Assembly (NCBI GenBank): GCA_964019425.1
Contig: OZ025786.1
Location: 124,001 to 188,000, forward strand
From: Flectonema sp. DT1601
Lineage: Eukaryota
DNA: 64,000 nucleotides
Reading direction: 5' to 3'
Shown: positions 56,647-64,000 of the stretch, piece by piece
Layout of the letters: every line of letters begins with the position of its first letter
How positions within the stretch are numbered: position 1 is the first letter of the stretch
Position numbers and translations under genes: made by a program
The notes under the pieces: model-generated
The model's input: only the letters and a program-made list of their open reading frames with translations
The model's database searches: none
What the model was told of the DNA's origin: nothing

Positions 56647-57794
56647 ACAGGAGTTAAGATCACTTACATGAGTTAACACAACACAGATACGAGAGTCGCA
56701 AACTGAGGTAACACTACCAATTCAACAAAAAATAATCAGGATCGGACACAAGGAGGAGAGTTCATTCTACCTCTCATTGTCCTTGCTGGTATCTTAAGTG
56801 TCTTGGTATCTCTTGTGTGTCGGTATCTCGGAAGTGCTGGTATCTCGTATGTGCGTTGGTATCTCTTGCGTGTTGGTATCTCTTGCACATAAAAAAAAAA
56901 AATATTGAGTTAACATGGTCAGTTTTATTTAACATTAGAGACAGACCGGAACTATTTGAAAATAAAATGTAGATGGGAAACAGTGAAAATTAAAATGAAT
57001 GATAAAATTAAATGAGATTTATGACATAACAGACCAGATAGAGAGTAATAAAGGGAAAAGGAAAACGGGAAGGGTTCATTCACTTAGTTAAAGTTAAGAC
57101 CGATTAGTCAGTTTAAGGTCTTGACTAGGACCAACAAAAAAAAAAAAAAATAAATAAATAAATAACGATCAAGCTGAGCTGATCTTGTTTTTATTAAAAT
57201 AAGGGGAGCGGGAGGGATGGGAGGAATAAAGGAAAAAAAAAGAAAAGGTCGATCAATTGGATCTGATCGTCGAGAAGAAGAAAACAATTATTTTAAAAAA
57301 ATGATCGGTATAGCCGATCGTTGAGAAAAGAACAGATATAAATACAATCGGTTTTGGTGATCGACGAGTGGAGCGATCACTTGACAAGAAGGAAAAAAAA
57401 AGAAAGGACCGATTAATTGGGGCTTTGGTTGTATTCCCAAGGCATGTTTTTTTTTTTTTTTATTATTCATTTACATTATTTTTTTTTTTTTTTTTTTAAA
57501 TTAATAATCACATTTTGTTCAAAAATATTTCATATTAGAGTAAAAGAAAAAGAAAAAAAAAGAGATAAGAGAAAAAAAAAAAAACCATTGCTGGCCCCCT
57601 CACCACTCATAGAGGATGAGGAGGCCAGTAAGGCGTCACTCAAAAACTATGCCAAGCCTTGGGAACTTGGATTGGGGTTTAGACCATTTACAATTAACAA
57701 TTAACAATTAATCTGATTAACGTTATGATCTGACGGACATAAACATATCGACAAAATATTACAAACAAAACGAACAATAAATAATAAATAATCT

Positions 57795-57971
57795 AATTCT
57801 GTTCGTTTCTTTGAAACGAAAATTCATTTGAATATTATTCCTTGGTCAGCAACAGTCATTGTCGCCCTCTGGGCCTGTTAAAAAAAAAAAAAAAATAAAA
57901 AGAAAGTTTACATCGGGAATAGGGCAGGAGCCAAAAGCTCCCAGTCCGTTACTTCCCACTCTATCGAATTC
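57795..57971 (-). mobile_element. Truncated satellite-head element, inverted
   Basis: Ends ...CTATCGAATTC at 57971; only the terminal ~175 bp present. Confidence 0.88.
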
Positions 57972-58016
57972 TAATAAACTAAATAAACAAAGTGATGTGA
58001 AAGTAAGGAAAAAGAT

Positions 58017-58946
58017 TTACAAGGGGGTGGAGTCACCGTGAACGTCATCAGCAGAACATCTCCTTCGATTATAACGATATCTTGATGGAGGGGTCCGTTT
58101 TTTCAGAGTTGAACGCTCAGACTTTCTCGGCGGAGTTTCAATTTCCTCATGTTCTTCTGTGTCTGGCGGACTCAAACCTTCTGCCCATGAAGCTAATTGG
58201 AACTTCAGGGCCGCAATTTGAGACCGTGCCAAGGCGAGTTGAACATTTAAATCGCTCGCCAGTCCCGTTAACATCATGGATTGCTCAAGCTGCTCTGCGT
58301 GAGTTGTACACCGTTGGTGATTCAGCTCCGAGAGGCGAAGTTGGGCATCCAAAAGTTGTTCTGAGAGCTCTGCCGCTTTCTCGTTTGTTTCGAGAGAGTC
58401 ATCTACTGCTCGACAGTAGTTCTCGAGTAAGTCAATCCTACCCTCGGACCATTGTCTCGCAATAGGTGTATTCTCTTTAACGGAGATAACGTGACTCTCT
58501 TGTCGTAAAATCTTGGTCGGCGTGCGGTCGAGAGCTTCACTCTGCGGCATTGTCGGAGGAATTGAGGCTAGAGGACAAAGAGGGGTGATATAATTAAGGG
58601 TAGGGATAGGGGGTTTAATAAGAGGAGTAAAAAGACTACTCGTAGTTGTAAAGAGCGAGAGGTAGTTCTTTGCTATCTTCATCATAGCAACAGATTCATA
58701 CAAAATAGGGGATCGGGGGGAAACTTGTTGACTAAAGTGGGTCATGTGGGGACGTGCGGCACGCAAACTCTCGACCTCCTGTTGAGTATAGAAAAGTCTT
58801 ATTTTACTTTCTCTTTCCTCATTACATTTGGTCTCCAATTCGTTCGACAGAAGAACAAACCTTTGATGGTAATTGAAAAGCGCCATTTCCGATAGGTCTG
58901 CTTTCTGAGTCAGATTTGCGAGCTCACGTTTCCTGTAATCTTCCAC
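58017..58946 (-). CDS. Coiled-coil hypothetical ORF, probably 5'-truncated cargo
   Basis: 309-aa open frame with a non-ATG start at the insertion boundary; no recognised domain. Confidence 0.4.
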   Translation of the reverse strand: MEDYRKRELANLTQKADLSEMALFNYHQRFVLLSNELETKCNEERESKIRLFYTQQEVESLRAARPHMTHFSQQVSPRSPILYESVAMMKIAKNYLSLFTTTSSLFTPLIKPPIPTLNYITPLCPLASIPPTMPQSEALDRTPTKILRQESHVISVKENTPIARQWSEGRIDLLENYCRAVDDSLETNEKAAELSEQLLDAQLRLSELNHQRCTTHAEQLEQSMMLTGLASDLNVQLALARSQIAALKFQLASWAEGLSPPDTEEHEEIETPPRKSERSTLKKRTPPSRYRYNRRRCSADDVHGDSTPL

Positions 58947-59030
58947 TAAGTCAGTAAAATAATATTTATATTAAAAGCGCCCTACAAGCGCCCTACACGC
59001 CCTCCAAATTGTAGGGCACTTCCATCTATG

Positions 59031-61798
59031 TTTTAAATTCTTTTTATTTATTTTTTAAAGAAAAAAAAACGGAAAATAGAAATTAGTCGACAAAGTCGAA
59101 CGATAAAAAAAACAATGATAACATTGTTTATTCTTTTTTTTATTTTTTTTTTATATTCTTTTTTATTAATTTTGAAAAAAAAAAAAAAAAACAATCAGTT
59201 TAGCGTCTTGACCAGGACGGAAAATAGAAAGTAATCGACATAGTCGATCGATAAAAAAACAATGATAACATTGTTTATTCTTTTTTTTTTAAAATTCTTT
59301 TTATTTATTTTTTAAAGGAAAAAAAAAACGGAAAATAGAAATTAGTCGACATAGTCGATCGATAAAAAAACAATGATAATATTGTTTATTCTTTTTTTTT
59401 TTTTTTTTTTTAAATTCTTTTTATTTATTTTTTAAAGAAAAAAATGGAAAATAGAAAATAGTCAACAAAGTCGATCGATAAAAAAAAACAATGATAACAT
59501 TGTTTATTCTTTTTTTTTTTGTTTTTTTTTTATATTCTTTTTTATTAATTTTGAAAAAAAAAACAATCAGTTTAGCGTCTTGACCAGGACGGAAAATAGA
59601 AAGTAATCGACATAGTCGATCGATAAAAAAACAATGATAACATTGTTTAATCTTTTTTTTTTAAATTCTTTTTATTTATTTTTTAAAGAAAAAAAACAGA
59701 AAATAGAAATTAGTCGACAAAGTCGAACGATAAAAAAACAATGATAACATTGTTTATTCTTTTTTTTTTATTTTTTTTTTATTTTTTTTTAATTAATTTT
59801 GAAAAAAAAAACAATCAGTTTAGCGTCTTGACCAGGACGGAAAATAGAAAGCGATCGACATAGTCGATCGATAAGAAAACAATGATAACATTGTTTATTC
59901 TTTTTTTTAATTTTAAATTCTTTTTATTTATTTTTTAAAGAAAAAAAACGGAAAATAGAAATTAGTCGACAAAGTCGAACGATAAAAAAAAACAATGATA
60001 ACATTGTTTATTCTTTTTTTTGTATTTTTTTTATATTCTTTTTTATTAATTTTGAAAAAAAAAAAAACAATCAGTTTAGCGTCTTGACCAGGACGGAAAA
60101 TAGAAAGTGATCGACATAGTCGATCGATAAAAAAACAATGATAATATTGTTTATTCTTTTTTTTTTTTTTTTTTTTTAAATTCTTTTTATTTATTTTTTA
60201 AAGAAAAAAATGGAAAATAGAAAATAGTCAACAAAGTCGAACGATAAAAAAAAACAATGATAACATTGTTTATTCTATTTTTTTATTTTTATTTTTTTTC
60301 TATTCTTTTTTATTAATTTTGAAAAAAAAAAAACAATCAGTTTAGCGTCTTGACCAGGACGGAAAATAGAAAGTAATCGACATAGTCGATCGATAAAAAA
60401 AAACAATGATAACATTGTTTATTCTTTTTTTTTTTTTTTTTAAATTCTTTTTATTTATTTTTTAAAAAGAAAAAAAACGGAAAATAGAAATTAGTCAACA
60501 AAGTCGAACGATAAAAAAAAAAACAATGATAACATTGTTTATTCTTTTTTTTTTATTTTTTTTATATTCTTTTTTATTAATTTTGAAAAAAAAAAAAAAA
60601 AACAATCAGTTTAGCGTCTTGACCAGGACGGAAAATAGAAAGTAATCGACATAGTCGATCGATAAAAAAACAATGATAACATTGTTTATTCTTTTTTTTT
60701 TAAAATTCTTTTTATTTATTTTTTAAAGGAAAAAAAAAACGGAAAATAGAAATTAGTCGACATAGTCGATCGATAAAAAAACAATGATAATATTGTTTAT
60801 TCTTTTTTTTTTTTTTTTTTTTAAATTCTTTTTATTTATTTTTTAAAGAAAAAAATGGAAAATAGAAAATAGTCAACAAAGTCGATCGATAAAAAAAAAC
60901 AATGATAACATTGTTTATTCTATTTTTTTATTTTTTTTTTTTTTCTATTCTTTTTTATTAATTTTGAAAAAAAAAAACAATCAGTTTAGCGTCTTGACCA
61001 GGACGGAAAATAGAAAGTAATCGACATAGTCGATCGATAAAAAAAACAATGATAACATTGTTTATTCTTTTTTTTTATTTTAAATTCTTTTTATTTATTT
61101 TTTAAAGAAAAAAACTGAAAATAGAAATTAGTCGACAAAGTCGAACGATAAAAAAAACAATGATAACATTGTTTATTCTTGTTTTTTATTTTAAATTATT
61201 TTTATTTATTTTTAAAGAAAAGAAACGGAAAATAGAAATTAGTCCGATAAAAAAAAACAATGATAACATTGTTTATTCTTTTTTTTATTTTTTATTTTAT
61301 ATTCTTTTTTATTAATTTTGAAGAAAAAAAAAACAATCAGTTTAGCGTCTTGACCAGGACGGAAAATAGAAATTAGTCGACAAAGTCGAACGATAAAAAA
61401 AAACAATGATAACATTGTTTATTCTTTTTTTTTATTTTAAATTCTTTTTATTTATTTTTTAAAGAAAAAAACTGAAAATAGAAATTAGTCGACAAAGTCG
61501 AACGATAAAAAAAACAATGATAACATTGTTTATTCTTTTTTTTTATTTTAAATTCTTTTTATTTATTTTTAAAGAAAAGAAACGGAAAATAGAAATTAGT
61601 CCGATAAAAAAAAACAATGATAACATTGTTTATTCTTTTTTTTATTTTTTTTTTTATATTCTTTTTTATTAATTTTGAAAAAAAAAAAACAATCAGTTTA
61701 GCGTCTTGACCAGGACGGAAAATAGAAATTAGTCGACAAAGTCGAACGATAAAAAAAAACAATGATAACATTGTTTATTCTTTTTTTTTATTTTAAAT
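59031..61798 (+). repeat. Satellite array, continuation of the 48011 array
   Basis: Same units; resumes again at 63008-63215. Confidence 0.97.
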
Positions 61799-63007
61799 CA
61801 TAGATGGAAGTGCCCTACAATTTGGAGGGCGTGTAGGGCGCTTGTAGGGCGCTTTTAATATAAATATTATTTTGGAGGGCGCTTTTTTTTACCTTTTTTA
61901 TTACTATAAGACAGCTAAATTGACGTCGACTTACACTGACGCACAAGTATTTTGACGCAGAAGCCAAAAAAAAATTTTGACATGCTTGGCAGTCTTTCGA
62001 AAAAGAGAAAAAAGGGTGTCACGGGGTTCGAACCCGAGACCTCCAGGTCATGGTTCGGAGGTCAACAATGGCAAAAACAATGGGCTACTCCTTGAGAGCT
62101 TCCGGAGCCTGCTACAATCCCTGAAGCTGAAACTCATTTCAGTGGACGATGCATCCCAGATCTACAAGGAGCTGATTAGCCCGCAGAATGCACCGAGTCG
62201 AATATAGAGGGATTCGAGGAGGGAGAGTGCGTTCTTACTAACCTGTTAATAGGCCGGTCTTCACGGTACCTTGTGAGAAAAAAAAGAAGTTTACTGGTGG
62301 CAAGTAAACTGATATCCCAGAGACGCATTTGATCGGGCGAACCGGAGAAAAGTCAAATAAGATGCGATTCGACCCTCGCTGAGGGCAGGGGTGTGTCAAA
62401 ATGAGCTCGGCATTACTGTAAAGGGAAATATTCTTGTGGGGAAAAATCCGCGAGTTTTTTTCATTTTTTCTAAATCCGCGAGAATTTTTCCCCGCGAGAG
62501 TATTTCCCTGCTAGCATACATTTTATACAGCCATTTTTTTAGTTCCTTTTTGTGAAGAAAATACACCTGTTACAAAGGAAAGCTACAGCAAAAACTATTT
62601 TCATAATGCAGCATTGTTGTTTTTAGTTGTGTTTGCTAGGTAAATAATTCTTTTTTCCAGCTTGCACTTGATGGAAATGCAAGGATTCCTCACATCCTTG
62701 CACTTTTGTAAAAATCCTCTGTGGCAGGGAAATATTCTTATGGGGAAAAACGCGCGAGTTTAAAAAAAAATCCCCAAATCCGCGAGAATATTTCCCCGCG
62801 GGAATATTTCCCCGCAGGAGTATTTCCCCGCGAGAATATTTCCCTTTACAGTATATTAAAATTTAATTAAAAAAGCGCCCTACGCGCCCTCCAGCGCCCT
62901 ATTTTGGCCCTATTTTGGCCCTACAATGGCCCTATTTTGGCCCTACAAATTTTTGTGGCTGATTTTCACCAGGCGCCCTCCAAATTTGGAGGGCACTTCC
63001 ATCTATG
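61799..63007 (-). mobile_element. CATAG-family element, inverted; TSD TTAAAT
   Basis: Both TIRs intact; TTAAAT at 61793-61798 and 63008-63013. Confidence 0.92.
62416..62851. mobile_element. 436-bp MITE with TA TSD nested in the CATAG element
   Basis: TIR CTGTAAAGGGAAATATTCT; the empty site GGCATTATATT is seen in the 13101 and 51123 copies. Confidence 0.93.
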
Positions 63008-63215
63008 TTAAATTCTTTTTATTTATTTTTTAAAGAAAAAAAAACGGAAAATAGAAATTAGTCGACAAAGTCGAACGATAAAAAAAACAATGATAACATT
63101 GTTTATTCTTTTTTTTATTTTTTTTTTATATTCTTTTTTATTAATTTTGAAAAAAAAAAAAAAAAACAATCAGTTTAGCGTCTTGACCAGGACGGAAAAT
63201 AGAAAGTAATCGACA

Positions 63216-63713
63216 GAATTTCGATAAGTGGGAAGTAACGGACTGGGAGCTTTTGGCTCCTGCCCTATTCCCGATGTAAACTTTCTTTTTATTTTTATTT
63301 TTTTTTTTAACAGGCCCAAAGGGCGACAATGATGGTTGCTGACCAAGGAATAATATTCAAATGAATTTTCGTTTCAAAGAAACGAACAGAATTGAGAGAG
63401 AGGCAGAGAAAAAAAAAAAAAAAAAAAGAAAGAATAGAAAAAAAAAAAATATGAAGAGGAAATAATCAAACATGAAAAAAAAAAAAAAAAAAAAATATAA
63501 ATAAAAAACGTTGTATGAAAAAGGAAAAAAAGAAAAAAAAAGATCAGAAAAGGAAAGAGAAAATGAAAAGGTATAATATTATTGTGGGGATATGAGGATA
63601 GCAGGGAGATGCTCTTTTTTTTTTTTTTTTTTTTTTTTTATTTATTATTTAAAAAAAGGAAACAATCAGTTTAGCGTCTCGATCAGGACGGAAAATAGAA
63701 ATTAATCGACATA
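63216..63713 (+). mobile_element. Satellite-head element inserted into a satellite unit
   Basis: GAATTTCGATAAGTGGGAAG start inside a unit (ATCGACA|GAATT). Confidence 0.9.
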
Positions 63714-64000
63714 CTGCAACTGGAAATATTACTGCGCTGAATAATTACTGCGGGGAAATATTACTGCGCGGAAAAATTAGTGCGGTTTTTTTGAGAAAAG
63801 ATTAGTGCGGTTTTTTCCACTTGGTGGTAGAAAAAAATTTGGTTGCTTTTTTGCTGTGTAAGGCACCAGCAGAAAAATGCATCTGGAGAAAAAATCACTT
63901 CTGAGCAGAAATATTAGTGCGGTGGAAATATTACTGCGTGGAAAAATTAGTGTGGTTTTTTGCAGATTTGGAAATTAGTGCGGTTTTTTCCGCGCAGTAA
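63714..64000. mobile_element. CTGCAACTGG-family MITE running off the window
   Basis: TA followed by CTGCAACTGGAAATATTACTGCG; internal ATTAGTGCGGTTTTTT repeats as at 12751. Confidence 0.88.

Larger units (their letters stand above)
51123..59030 (+). mobile_element. CATAG-family element split by a ~7.1-kb nested insert; TSD TTTTAA
   Basis: Left part 51123-51816, right part about 58957-59030; TTTTAA at 51117-51122 and 59031-59036. Confidence 0.85.

Noticed and set aside
48011..61798. CRISPR-like array or coding ORFs in the satellite
   Set aside because: Inter-unit sequence is only variable homopolymer; ORFs are F/K/I-rich artefacts

Overview
Eukaryotic (protist) genomic window. Short canonical GT-AG introns, all genes on one strand, a kinetoplastid-style PH-like domain, ingi-like LINEs and a VIPER/TATE-like element suggest a euglenozoan, perhaps a diplonemid; this is inference. 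Bases 1-12.5k hold four minus-strand host genes: a PAM2/poly-Q protein, a putative type II membrane protein, an RLPH-type phosphatase, and a 3-exon PH-like + pseudo-metacaspase gene. From 12.7k to 64k is a dense nest of mobile DNA. It includes a Naiad/Chlamys-like Penelope element with a C-terminal Josephin-like domain and an unusually ordered hammerhead motif, and a decayed Polinton (pPolB + HNH). It also includes a GC-rich 5'-truncated retroposed USP/RNase H1-hybrid-binding ORF, several MITE/TIR families, and ingi-like LINE fragments. An intact-looking tyrosine-recombinase retrotransposon has split direct repeats, a tRNA-like module and a probable dual recoding site. About 11 kb is a ~120-bp hairpin satellite attached to a conserved mobile 'head'. 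Best candidates for novelty: the non-circularly permuted hammerhead, the Gag UGA-readthrough/-1 frameshift switch, and tRNA-like Pol III modules in the termini of four unrelated transposon families. All calls are by eye; no database searches were run.
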